A stretch of DNA of 32,000 nt from Candidatus Jordarchaeales archaeon (GCA_038889235.1 JAWAHN010000001.1:734499-766498); one strand, 5' to 3'; counted from the first letter of the stretch, positions 7,284 through 16,402 are shown. Numbers and translations: made by a program. Notes: generated from the sequence alone by a model not told the origin.

Positions 7284-8849
7284 GTGAAGTTTATGTTGAA
7301 GGGATGCATAGAGCTCAGTGGTAACCTTCCAGAAAATGCTACAAGCGAAATTGAAAAGTTTTTGAGTGACATTTATGGAAAAGTATTCTTGAAAGGTGCT
7401 CCTCAGGGTCGTGAGGAGGAAGGTGCACATTTAACTGCGTGGAGAGTGGAGGGGAATAGGTTTTATGTCGAGATAAAAAGTGGTAGGTATGTGCGTGCAC
7501 ATGTAGCACTCATTAGATTAAGGAACGTATTGGCAGAGTTTTTGGGTTCTAAGTTTGGGGTTGGTGTTAGGTCTTGCAAGGCGCTTGATTACATCTTAGA
7601 ATTTGAGCTCGAAAAGGAGCCTATTGAACCTGTAAGGGTTCTTTTTGCAAGAGACGTGAAGTTTGATGGTAGAAAGGTTACTGTTTCCTTGGAGGAGTTA
7701 GATGACGCTGCTCTAGAAAAGAATTATCCAGATCGCATAATTAACCGCGTACGTGAGAAAGTTTCGAGACAATATGTTTCCGGTAAGAAGGAATTTACTC
7801 GTACTGTTAAACGTAAAGTAAAAGGGTTTGAGCGGTACAGGTTAAACGAGGACCCAACGGATATTGCTGTTAAACTCGGTTGGGTCAAGGAGTACCCTGC
7901 AGCGGGAGTATGGCAAATAATGCCGCCCATGGCCGCATTAATCAGGGCCATGGAAACGTTAATAGTAGAAAGAGTTGCCAAGCCTCTTGGTTTCCAAGAA
8001 GTTATGCTTCCGCGCCTAATCCCACTCGAGGTTGAATACAGAAAGGGGCATTTTGGAATCGCAAACGAGATAATCTGGGCTTGCCCGCCTATCTCCCGAG
8101 ATCCGAAGGACTTTGAAGACATTGTGGATTATGTCGAAATAACCGGCGGGCCGCCACCCCCAGAAATGTTGAAAGAAAAACTTAGACCACCCGTGTACGG
8201 ACTTTCATACGCCCAATGCGAGCCTTTCTACGAAATGTTCCACAAGGAGATAGTGGACTTAGATATTCTCGAAAGAGAGCCTATAATGCTTTTCGACAGG
8301 AACGGTCCAACATACCGATGGGAGAGTGGCGGGATTAGAGGACTTGAGAGGCTTAATGAGTTTCACAGGATAGAGTTTGTTTTTCTCTCAACACCAGAAA
8401 AATGTGTTGAAATAAGGGATGAAGTACTTGAAAAAACTGAGAGACTTGTTGACGAAGTATTGGACTTAGACTACAGAGTGGATGCCACCACAGCAGTGTA
8501 TCTCGAGCACGCGGGGAAAAGCGGTGAGGACGAAGAATATGGAGGATTAGTTAAGACGTACGATTTAACTGTTCTTTTACCTTTCCAGACGAAAAGCAGA
8601 CCGGAAGCTGAGCTTGAAATAGCCAGCTTCCATGTTCACACGGACTTTTATGCCAAACGGTTCAATTTCAAAGACAAAAAGAGAAGGACAGTTTTTACTG
8701 GATGCGCTGGACTCGGCCCGTCTAGGTTCGCCTACGTTTTCCTGGTAAGACACGGATTTGACTTTGAAGAATGGCCTGTCGAGGTTAAAAAGCACATAGG
8801 GGATAGGCTACCCGAGCCACCGCGTATGCTAACATGGCCAAAGAACTAG
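7284..8849 (+). CDS. serS2: Methanogen-type (type 2) seryl-tRNA synthetase
   Basis: N-terminus MKFMLKG, SGRYVRAHVALIRL, and Zn-site motifs YAQCEPFY, RWE..G..R..EF.RIE and TGCAGLG. The ORF-track start (7218) lies inside tRNA-Pro; GTG 7284 follows a GGAGGG RBS. Confidence 0.93.
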   Translation: MKFMLKGCIELSGNLPENATSEIEKFLSDIYGKVFLKGAPQGREEEGAHLTAWRVEGNRFYVEIKSGRYVRAHVALIRLRNVLAEFLGSKFGVGVRSCKALDYILEFELEKEPIEPVRVLFARDVKFDGRKVTVSLEELDDAALEKNYPDRIINRVREKVSRQYVSGKKEFTRTVKRKVKGFERYRLNEDPTDIAVKLGWVKEYPAAGVWQIMPPMAALIRAMETLIVERVAKPLGFQEVMLPRLIPLEVEYRKGHFGIANEIIWACPPISRDPKDFEDIVDYVEITGGPPPPEMLKEKLRPPVYGLSYAQCEPFYEMFHKEIVDLDILEREPIMLFDRNGPTYRWESGGIRGLERLNEFHRIEFVFLSTPEKCVEIRDEVLEKTERLVDEVLDLDYRVDATTAVYLEHAGKSGEDEEYGGLVKTYDLTVLLPFQTKSRPEAELEIASFHVHTDFYAKRFNFKDKKRRTVFTGCAGLGPSRFAYVFLVRHGFDFEEWPVEVKKHIGDRLPEPPRMLTWPKN

Positions 8850-8927
8850 AATAGAAAAGTTGCTAAAGAAGAGGGAGTTAGTAGTCGTTTCTTGATTCGT
8901 AAGGTTGCTTCGGGTTTGGTTCCAGCA

Positions 8928-11759
8928 CTATTCAATGTAAATTCCCGGCTTCAGCGGCTCAGCTACTTTCGCTTTTTCGTGAGTTGATTCTTCAGCAAGT
9001 AAAACTTCCACTTTCGCTTCAAACTCGCGTTCTATGAACGATGAGGCAGATTTTAAGGTATTCAGCTCTTCATCCTGCGTGAGGAATATCGGCAGGGGCT
9101 CTTTCACTAATTTTTCAGCGTACTTGACAGCTTCTTTACCGTGTACTTTTACTTCGGGTATTTGCATCACACGTTTTACAAGCCCTTCTTTCCCTTTAAG
9201 TGATTCTTCTAGCACTCTGTACTTCCAGCGCGGGGCCACGAACAAGGTTATTCGTTTCGGCTTCTTACCAGTTACGCTTATAATTTCCTTTATGTCGTTT
9301 AGCAGGGATTCAAGCAGCATTTCCTTTCCTTCCACAACGTCGTCGAAAAACTCTTCGTTATATTCAGGCCACTTTTCAGTCGCTATAAAGCCTTTTTCGC
9401 CCATTTTTTCCCATATTTCTTCGCATATGTGAGGGATTACGGGAGCCAATAGGATAATCATAGTTCGCACTGCTTCCTTTAATATGTCGCCGTACTCGTC
9501 TGTCCGTTTCATGTACCATCTTATGTCATTCCACAAGTTAAAGAGACACTCTTGTATTGCGGATCTCGTCTTTAAAGACTCGTAGCTTTCAGTCGCAGCC
9601 TTTATTCTTCGGTGCAATCGACTTCTGAGCCACCTGTCGATCTCCCTATTAAGAGGCTTTGTCGGTGGAAGATTCAACACAAACTCGTAGAGTGATTCAA
9701 GGCGTTTTTTAAGTCCTTGAACCTCTTTATCACGCCAGTCAGGGTCGTTTAAGCCTTCAGCAGCGTAAGCTAATCCAATTCTTGTCACGTCAGCACCATA
9801 CTTATTTAGAACTTCGCGTATAGTAATGAAATTCCCCTTAGACTTCGACATTTTTTCTCCTTCTACACGTATCATGCCGTTGACTCCTATTTTGCGGGGC
9901 CACTTGTCTTCTGGCCATATGGCTACGTGGTGAAAGAGGAAGAAGGTGAGGTGGTTGAATATCAACTCTTTGGCAGAAACTCTCAGATCAACGGGATACC
10001 AGTACTCAAACTCGTCACGCATAGCTTCCAAAAGCTCTTTGCTGAGCCCACTTTTAGATGAAACCTCATCGATGCTTCCCTTGTTAAGGAATATATAATC
10101 AAAAACTTCGGGGGAAAGCTTGTTCGCGTCAATATTAAATTCGTTTAAGTATTTCGCCAAAGTGTAGAACGCCATGTATATTGTGGAGTCTGATAGTGTT
10201 TCAACTATCCATTCCGGATCCCATGGGAGCTTTGTCCCTAGTCCCGTCTTACGAACACACGCCTTATCTTCAAGCCAGTCTATAGTGTTCTCGAAAGCGC
10301 TCCGCGCCTCGTCGGGAAGAATAACCATCTTCCTTAAAAGGCGGTAAACTTTCTCTTTCCATTCGTGGTCGGAGTATTTGAGAAACCACTGATTCTCTAG
10401 GATCTTAACTATACATTTCGTGTTACACCTGCATATGACTGTGTCAGCACATTCGTACATAAAGTCAGCTTTATTCTCCGAGATGAAATCTTCAATTAAC
10501 AGTCGTTTAGCTTCCCTGACTGGAAGCCCTCGATACTTGCCAGTATTCTCTTTAAGCACGCCCTTATGGAACTCTTTCTTGTAAATCTCTTTAGTTAGTT
10601 CATCCAACCTTGGATCGAGTTGACTTGTTATTCCCGCATTTTCAACTGCTTCTACCGCCGGATGCTCTCCTAAGCCTTCAGTCTTTATCAAGCTTATAGG
10701 TTTCAACTCTCTGACTATGTCTAACGGGACCCCATATTTTTCGAGGAGTGATGGGTTAGACTTTAACTCCTTTATAGCAGCCCAGTCATATGGAGCATGA
10801 CTAGGAACACTCATAACTACACCCGAAGCATTATCAGGGTCTACGAATGATGCTGGCAGTATTGGCACGGAATTCCCTAAGACAACGTTTCTGCAGAACC
10901 TTCCCACAAGTTTACTTCCCTTAAAGGATTCAATCACTTCAACCTTTTTCCCTTGCGCTCTAAGTTTAGGAACAGCAGACTCGCTTACTATCCATAACTC
11001 ATCATTGTGTTTTACTCGGACATATGAAGCGTCAGGGTTTACCCATATGTTTGTCACACCGAAAACCGTTTCAGGCCTCAATGTTGCAGCCATTAAGTAT
11101 GCGCCGTCTAGCTCGAACTTCAACAAGGTAAACTCGACGTAGGATACGCCTTCGCCAACAAGGCGGTCGTGATCGCCTGTCGGGCTTTCACAGTTTGGAC
11201 ACCAAATGACGGGGTGAGTGCCTAAAGTAACATAACCTAGTTCTCTCAGCTTGAGATACTGCCATTCTATGAAGCGATTATAGCGAGGATCTATTGTTGT
11301 AAATTGACGACGCCAATCAACGGAAAAACCCATTCGCGTAACATCTTCTATGGCTTCGCGACGGTAGTATTCAACTATGTAGTATGGGTCTTTAAACTTT
11401 TCAACTTCTTTTTCGGGAATGCCACTCTTGAGCAAGATGTCAATTTGCTTTTTATCACCCTTTCGAATTCTTTCAGCGACACCAACTATCGGCTCGCCTG
11501 TTGCGTGAAAAGCAAAGGGAAAGAGAACATTGAAGCCTTGCATTCTTTTAACCCGCGCATAAATATCCGCCTTTAAACAAGTGAAGGCGTGCCCCAAATG
11601 TAAAAGCCCATTGAGGTATGGGTACGGAAAGGTTACAAGTAACCCCTTCTCCTTTTTGCCAACTCTCTCGTATTTTGAAGGGGGGTCGGCTTCGAACAAT
11701 CTAGCTTCAGCCCAACGCTTCTGCCATTTTTCCTCGGTAAATTTCCAGTCAACTACCAT
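8928..11759 (-). CDS. leuS: Leucyl-tRNA synthetase (archaeal/eukaryotic type)
   Basis: FPYPYLNGLLHLGH (HIGH), KMSKSKGN (KMSKS), editing domain ATLRPET and ETLSDSTIY. Start moved to ATG 11759 behind a GAGGGGTG RBS. Confidence 0.96.
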   Translation of the reverse strand: MVVDWKFTEEKWQKRWAEARLFEADPPSKYERVGKKEKGLLVTFPYPYLNGLLHLGHAFTCLKADIYARVKRMQGFNVLFPFAFHATGEPIVGVAERIRKGDKKQIDILLKSGIPEKEVEKFKDPYYIVEYYRREAIEDVTRMGFSVDWRRQFTTIDPRYNRFIEWQYLKLRELGYVTLGTHPVIWCPNCESPTGDHDRLVGEGVSYVEFTLLKFELDGAYLMAATLRPETVFGVTNIWVNPDASYVRVKHNDELWIVSESAVPKLRAQGKKVEVIESFKGSKLVGRFCRNVVLGNSVPILPASFVDPDNASGVVMSVPSHAPYDWAAIKELKSNPSLLEKYGVPLDIVRELKPISLIKTEGLGEHPAVEAVENAGITSQLDPRLDELTKEIYKKEFHKGVLKENTGKYRGLPVREAKRLLIEDFISENKADFMYECADTVICRCNTKCIVKILENQWFLKYSDHEWKEKVYRLLRKMVILPDEARSAFENTIDWLEDKACVRKTGLGTKLPWDPEWIVETLSDSTIYMAFYTLAKYLNEFNIDANKLSPEVFDYIFLNKGSIDEVSSKSGLSKELLEAMRDEFEYWYPVDLRVSAKELIFNHLTFFLFHHVAIWPEDKWPRKIGVNGMIRVEGEKMSKSKGNFITIREVLNKYGADVTRIGLAYAAEGLNDPDWRDKEVQGLKKRLESLYEFVLNLPPTKPLNREIDRWLRSRLHRRIKAATESYESLKTRSAIQECLFNLWNDIRWYMKRTDEYGDILKEAVRTMIILLAPVIPHICEEIWEKMGEKGFIATEKWPEYNEEFFDDVVEGKEMLLESLLNDIKEIISVTGKKPKRITLFVAPRWKYRVLEESLKGKEGLVKRVMQIPEVKVHGKEAVKYAEKLVKEPLPIFLTQDEELNTLKSASSFIEREFEAKVEVLLAEESTHEKAKVAEPLKPGIYIE

Positions 11760-11995
11760 TACCAGGAACACCCCTTCTAGGAGGAAACTACTTAGAAAGT
11801 AAGGACACCAACTAGATAAGCATTTTTCACAAAGCCGCATGAAGTTTTTATGTTTTATTCATTTTACGAGAATGTGTTACGTTAGATATATTCCAGAGTC
11901 CGCTTGTACAGGGCGCAAAACCATTTTGAGAAAAACTTTTTAGCTGTTTTTGTTCGATGGTTTCACGAGGTTCCAAACCCCCGAGGTGTTCAAGC

Positions 11996-12190
11996 ATGGT
12001 TAGAGGCAAACTTTCAGAGGACGAGAAAAACATAGTTAAAGAGGTAATGGACGAGTTGGGGCTAAGTGGAGGAAGAATCAAAATGCTTGTAGAGGCAGTG
12101 GGAGTCAGAACAGGTTTCGATAAGAAGAGGATGCGCGTGGCGGTCAAGCGAGCACTAATCGGGGGAGAGCCTACTGTAAGGAAGAAATGA
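11996..12190 (+). CDS. Small basic hypothetical protein (64 aa)
   Basis: ATG 11996 follows a GAGGTG RBS; MVRGKLSEDEKNIVKEVMDELGLSGGRIKMLVEAVGVRTGFDKKRMRVAVKRAL; ends 34 nt before hdrA. Confidence 0.65.
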   Translation: MVRGKLSEDEKNIVKEVMDELGLSGGRIKMLVEAVGVRTGFDKKRMRVAVKRALIGGEPTVRKK

Positions 12191-12224
12191 GAGAAAAACA
12201 GGTTGATTGGAGGTGGTTAAGAAA

Positions 12225-14189
12225 GTGGCTGAAAGAGGAAAGAAGGCAGAGGAGCCGGTCATTGGCGTCTATGTGTGCAAGTGAGGCGTTAACATCGGCG
12301 GAGTCATAGATACAGAAGCAGTGGCAGAGTATGCAAGTAAGCTGCCGAACGTGAAAGTAGCGAAGACATACTCATTCTTCTGCTCTGATCCTGGACAGAA
12401 GATAATAAAAGAGGACATTGAGACCCAAGGAATCAACAGGGTAGTAGTAGCGGCTTGCACGCCGAAAATACATGAGCCAACATACAGGGCATTGCTGCAG
12501 TCGGCGGGATTAAGCCCCTACTATTTCGAAATGGTGAACCTAAGAGAACACTGTTCTTGGGTCCACATGACAGATCCAAAAGCGGCAACAGAAAAAGCCA
12601 AGAAACTTGTAGCTGCAGGCGTGGCAAGAGCTAGACTGCTTGAAGACGTGCCCCAGAAAAAGTTACCTGTTGAACAAGCAGTCATGGTTATAGGCGGAGG
12701 CATAGCTGGTATAAGTGCGGCCCTTAGTGTAGCAAACCACGGGATAAAAGTTTACCTAGTGGAAAAGGAGCCAACCATTGGAGGACTGGCTGTTCGCCTA
12801 GATAGAACTTTCCCAACTGACGACTGTGCTATCTGAATACTGGCGCCGAAAATGGTTGAAGCAGCAAAGCATCCAAACATTCAGATCCTTTCGTACACAG
12901 AAGTTCTTGGAGTAGAAGGGGTGCCCGGAGCATACAAGGTAAAGCTTCTTAAAAAGCCAAGGTATGTGGATGAGAAAAAGTGCACTGGATGCGGCAGCTG
13001 CATGGAAGTCTGCCCAGTTGCAGTACCCGATGAGTTCAACTACGGATTGGGATACAGAAAAGCGATATACATACCATTCCCCCAAGCTGTCCCTAAGGTT
13101 GCACTAATATCGATGGATGACTGCATACAGTGCAAGTCCTGCCAGAAGGAGTGTAAGGCAGGAGCTATAGACTACGAGCAGAAACCGGAGGAAATTGAGC
13201 TAACTGTTGGGAGCATAATAGTTGCCACGGGGTTCGAAATATACGATATAGCTAAGTACGGCGATTACGGCTATGGACGGTTTGAAAACGTCATAACACA
13301 GATTGAACTAGAGAGGATGCTGAGTCCTACGGGACCAACTGGCGGAGCTGTGGTTAGAATTTCAGACAGGAAGCATCCAAAACGCATAGCTATGATTCAG
13401 TGTGTTGGATCTAGGGACATTAAAAGGAATCCTTACTGCTCAGAAGTATGCTGCATGGTCGCAGTCAAGAACGCTAAGATCATAAAACAGGAGAGCCCGG
13501 ATACTGAAGTAATCATCTTTTACATGGACATCAGAGGGATAGATGAAGGGCACGAAGAGTACTATTCGGCTACACGTGAATATGGTGTGATATTTGTGAG
13601 GGGAAGAGTCGCAGAAGTAATAGAAGATCCGGAAACCAAGAATCTCAAGCTTCTCGTTGAGAACACATTGACAGGAGAGCTAATGGAAATTGAAGTAGAC
13701 TTGTTAGTGCTGTCAGCGGCGGTAGTACCTTCTGAGGGAACGAAGAAAATAGCGCAGATCCTGGGGCTCAACAAAAGACCAAGTGGTTTCTTAGCACCAC
13801 AACACGTAGCTTTAAACCCCCAGGAGACGAAAAGCCCAGGAATATACATTTGCGGCGCTGCTTTAGGACCAAAGAACATACCCTATGCCGTTTCGAGCGC
13901 TAGGGCTGCCGCTGCTGCTGCAACGGCATGGGTGCTTTCAGGAGAAGTTTCAGTAGAAATGATGACACCAGAGGTTAACGAAGAACTTTGCGTCGGTTGC
14001 AGAAGGTGCGAAAGAACATGTCCCTTCGGTGCTATAAAGGTCATCGAGGGGAAAGCAGTCGTCAATGATGTGCGATGCAAAGGCTGCGGTTCTTGCGTGG
14101 CGTCATGCCCAGCCCATGCCCTAGACTTACGTTACTACAGAGATAAACAAATAATAGAGGAGCTGAAAGCTGTGATTGAAGCTCACTAA
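12225..14189 (+). CDS. hdrA: Heterodisulfide reductase subunit A, selenoprotein with two Sec (TGA 12282-12284 and 12834-12836), 654 aa
   Basis: GTG 12225 follows a GGAGGTG RBS. One frame reads IGVYVCK-U-GVNIG and FPTDDCAI-U-ILAPKMV, joining track ORFs 12321..12836 and 12852..14189. Both TGAs occupy conserved Cys positions. FAD motif GGGIAG, multiple CxxCxxCxxxCP motifs, and a SECIS-like hairpin downstream. Confidence 0.95.
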
Positions 14190-14274
14190 TTGAGGGGGCC
14201 GATGACCACGCCAGCGAAACCCTTTAAAGGGAGCTGGCGTGGAAGGCACTGGCTAGCGGCCAGGAAACCCTCAA
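14190..14274 (+). promoter_or_regulatory. SECIS element of hdrA (3' UTR)
   Basis: ATGA (14202-14205), then a 10-bp stem CCACGCCAGC/GCTGGCGTGG, a GAAA/A internal loop and a CCC-TTTAAA-GGG apical stem. The whole element is closed by TTGAGGG/CCCTCAA. Confidence 0.85.
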
Positions 14275-14365
14275 TAACTCATCTACTTATACTCATGCGT
14301 AAACACATTGCAAGAGTAAACGTTTTATAATACTGCTTTTGAAAAAGTCCACCGAGGTGTGGCGG

Positions 14366-14782
14366 ATGGATACGCCGAAATTTAGCATAGTGTCTTTCTG
14401 TTGCTGGAAGTGAGGCTACGGTGCCAGCGATCTAACAGGCGTTTCTAGGGTACAATATGACCCTTCGGTGATGATAGTGCGAGTCAAGTGTACTGGAAGA
14501 GTCGATGTTAAACATATCCTGGAGGCAATAAGGCATGGCGTGGATGGCGTCATGGTTGTCGGTTGACACCCAGGCGAGTGCGATTTTGGTGACGGAAACA
14601 TAAAAGCAAGGCAACGAGTAGAGTTCGCAAAGAAAGTGCTTGACAAAGTTGGTCTTGGAGGAGACAGGGTTAACATGTACAATGTCTCAGCCGCCGAGAT
14701 TGGAAAATTCAGAGATGCAATAGTAGATATGGTTGGAAAAATAGAGAAACTTGGTCCAAACCCCCTGAAAGCCAAAAAGTAA
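14366..14782 (+). CDS. mvhD: MvhD/VhuD-type [2Fe-2S] hydrogenase delta subunit, selenoprotein with two Sec (TGA 14411-14413 and 14564-14566), 138 aa
   Basis: Absent from the ORF track. Reads MDTPKFSIVSFCCWK-U-GYGASDLTGVSRVQYDPSVMIVRVKCTGRVD...VMVVG-U-HPGECDFGDGN...GPNPLKAKK. Both TGAs are at conserved Cys positions of the MvhD family; GAGGTG RBS. Confidence 0.95.
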
Positions 14783-14859
14783 CCCACTTTAAAAGCGCAG
14801 GGAATGAGCCTCAGGCCTAAAGCAGGTGCCTGAGGTGACTGGCCCTCGTAAGCGGTGGG
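14783..14859 (+). promoter_or_regulatory. Eukaryote-type SECIS element of mvhD (3' UTR)
   Basis: ATGA 14804-14807 pairs against TGAC 14836-14839 as a tandem G.A/A.G quartet. Helix II is CCTCAGGC/GCCTGAGG, AAA at 14819-14821 lies in the apical loop, helix I is AGGG/CCCT, and the outer closure is CCCAC/GTGGG. Confidence 0.88.
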
Positions 14860-14954
14860 CCAATCACAATTTATATAATTGTAAAATGTTTTCAGGTGTG
14901 ACGAAAAAAGAGAAGGTAAAATGTTAGCGGTCTTGGGTCTGGAGGGTTTCCAAG

Positions 14955-16373
14955 TTGATCGATCTTAGATGGAAAGTTGATGCCATTACCGAAGCTGCGG
15001 ATAGCTTTAGAGTCAGAGCGTTCTTCACTGGTGAAAAAGAGATAGTAGAAGCAGGGAAATTCTCTAAAGAAGAGTACGAGAAATATTTAGACTACCTGCT
15101 AGAGGACGAGTACAGTAGGAGGCTTGTTCTCAGGGTCATTAGGGAAAAAGGAAGTATTACCTTTAACGAAATAGCTCGTGAGCTGGGTATTTCCAGGATT
15201 GAAGTTGCCAGACACGTTGGCTTACTGAGATACGAGGGATTAATCGAGCTTAAGGAAAACGAAGTTGTAGTCGCCAAGAGTGAGGTGTTGCAGAGGACAC
15301 CCTATGAAAAAATAAAGTTCATTGTCGAGGAAGGATTGTGCACTGGGTGCGGCGGATGCATCGCAGCTTGTCCTGTTCGGGCTATAACCTTCGTCAATGA
15401 AAAGCCCGTAATAGACGAAGAGAAGTGCATAGGTTGCGGTATTTGCAACGTTCATTGTCCAAGGACGTTTTTCCCCATGAGCTTTCTCAGGGAGAGTTTG
15501 AAGGGGAGCCCGGTAAACTTAGAAGCAGAAGGTATATCTTTCTTTAGGAAGGCGTATATGGCGCAGACAACTAAGGAAAAGATAAGACAAGTTTGCCAGG
15601 ACGGAGGAATTGTAACATCAATTCTGGCCTATCTTTTCGATAAAGGTATGATAGATTGCGCTATTGGTGTCAAGAAAGTCGATGAGACATGGAAAACGCA
15701 AGCCGTAGTGGTTACCAATATAGAGGAGTTGCTCGAAACTGCAGGCACTAAGTACACGGTAACTCCAACTATTTCGGCACTTGAAGAAGTCAAAAGAAGG
15801 GGATTGAAGAGAGTTGCTGTTGTAGGAGTACCCTGCCAGATACACGCAATCAGGAAGGCAGAAGCATACTCTTCGGAACTTTTGGCCTCACTAGGAAAAG
15901 TGATCGTTTCAATAGGGATATTTTGCATGGAAAACTTTGGGCATGAAACATTGAGAGAAATAGTTGAGGGACGGCTTGGCGTAAAGATCGAAGAAGTAAC
16001 TAAATGTAACATAGACAAAGGTAAGTTCTTCGTTCGTACAAAAAGCGGAGAGGAGAGGTCAATACCAGTTAAGGAGATATCTGAACTTGCACGACACGCT
16101 TGTCATTACTGCCCAGACCTCTCGAACGAGCTTGCAGACATTTCTGTAGGCTCCATCGGGTCGCCAAAAGGTTGGTCAACTGTAATCGTGAGAACTGAGA
16201 AAGGAGAGGAAATATTTGATGGCGCAGTGAAAGAGGGCTATATAACAGTTAATCCACTGCCGAGTGATGGTATGGATCTACTCCAAAAGTTGGCTAGGGG
16301 CAAGAGAAAGAGGAACCTCGAGACATTAAACAAAAGAGCAGAGGAAAGAAAATATGCAACATTAATACTATGA
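14955..16373 (+). CDS. FrhB/FdhB-family F420-interacting oxidoreductase subunit with N-terminal winged-helix region and 2x[4Fe-4S] ferredoxin domain
   Basis: CTGCGGCIAACP and CIGCGICNVHCP; QDGGIVT, AGTKY, VGVPCQ, IGIFCME, CHYCPDL and ADISVGS motifs; residues ~55-100 form an HTH (ITFNEIARELGISRIEVARHVGLL). Confidence 0.88.
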   Translation: MIDLRWKVDAITEAADSFRVRAFFTGEKEIVEAGKFSKEEYEKYLDYLLEDEYSRRLVLRVIREKGSITFNEIARELGISRIEVARHVGLLRYEGLIELKENEVVVAKSEVLQRTPYEKIKFIVEEGLCTGCGGCIAACPVRAITFVNEKPVIDEEKCIGCGICNVHCPRTFFPMSFLRESLKGSPVNLEAEGISFFRKAYMAQTTKEKIRQVCQDGGIVTSILAYLFDKGMIDCAIGVKKVDETWKTQAVVVTNIEELLETAGTKYTVTPTISALEEVKRRGLKRVAVVGVPCQIHAIRKAEAYSSELLASLGKVIVSIGIFCMENFGHETLREIVEGRLGVKIEEVTKCNIDKGKFFVRTKSGEERSIPVKEISELARHACHYCPDLSNELADISVGSIGSPKGWSTVIVRTEKGEEIFDGAVKEGYITVNPLPSDGMDLLQKLARGKRKRNLETLNKRAEERKYATLIL

Positions 16374-16402
16374 ATCATTCCATTTTTAACGGATAAAAAA
16401 AA

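Noticed and set aside
7116-7430. 104-aa minus-strand ORF, and the 7218 start for SerRS
   Set aside because: It overlaps tRNA-Pro and the serS2 start antisense; SerRS homology begins at GTG 7284.
12282-14566. hdrA and mvhD as pseudogenes or sequencing errors
   Set aside because: All four internal stops are TGA at conserved Cys sites, there are no frameshifts, and both genes have SECIS-like 3' hairpins.
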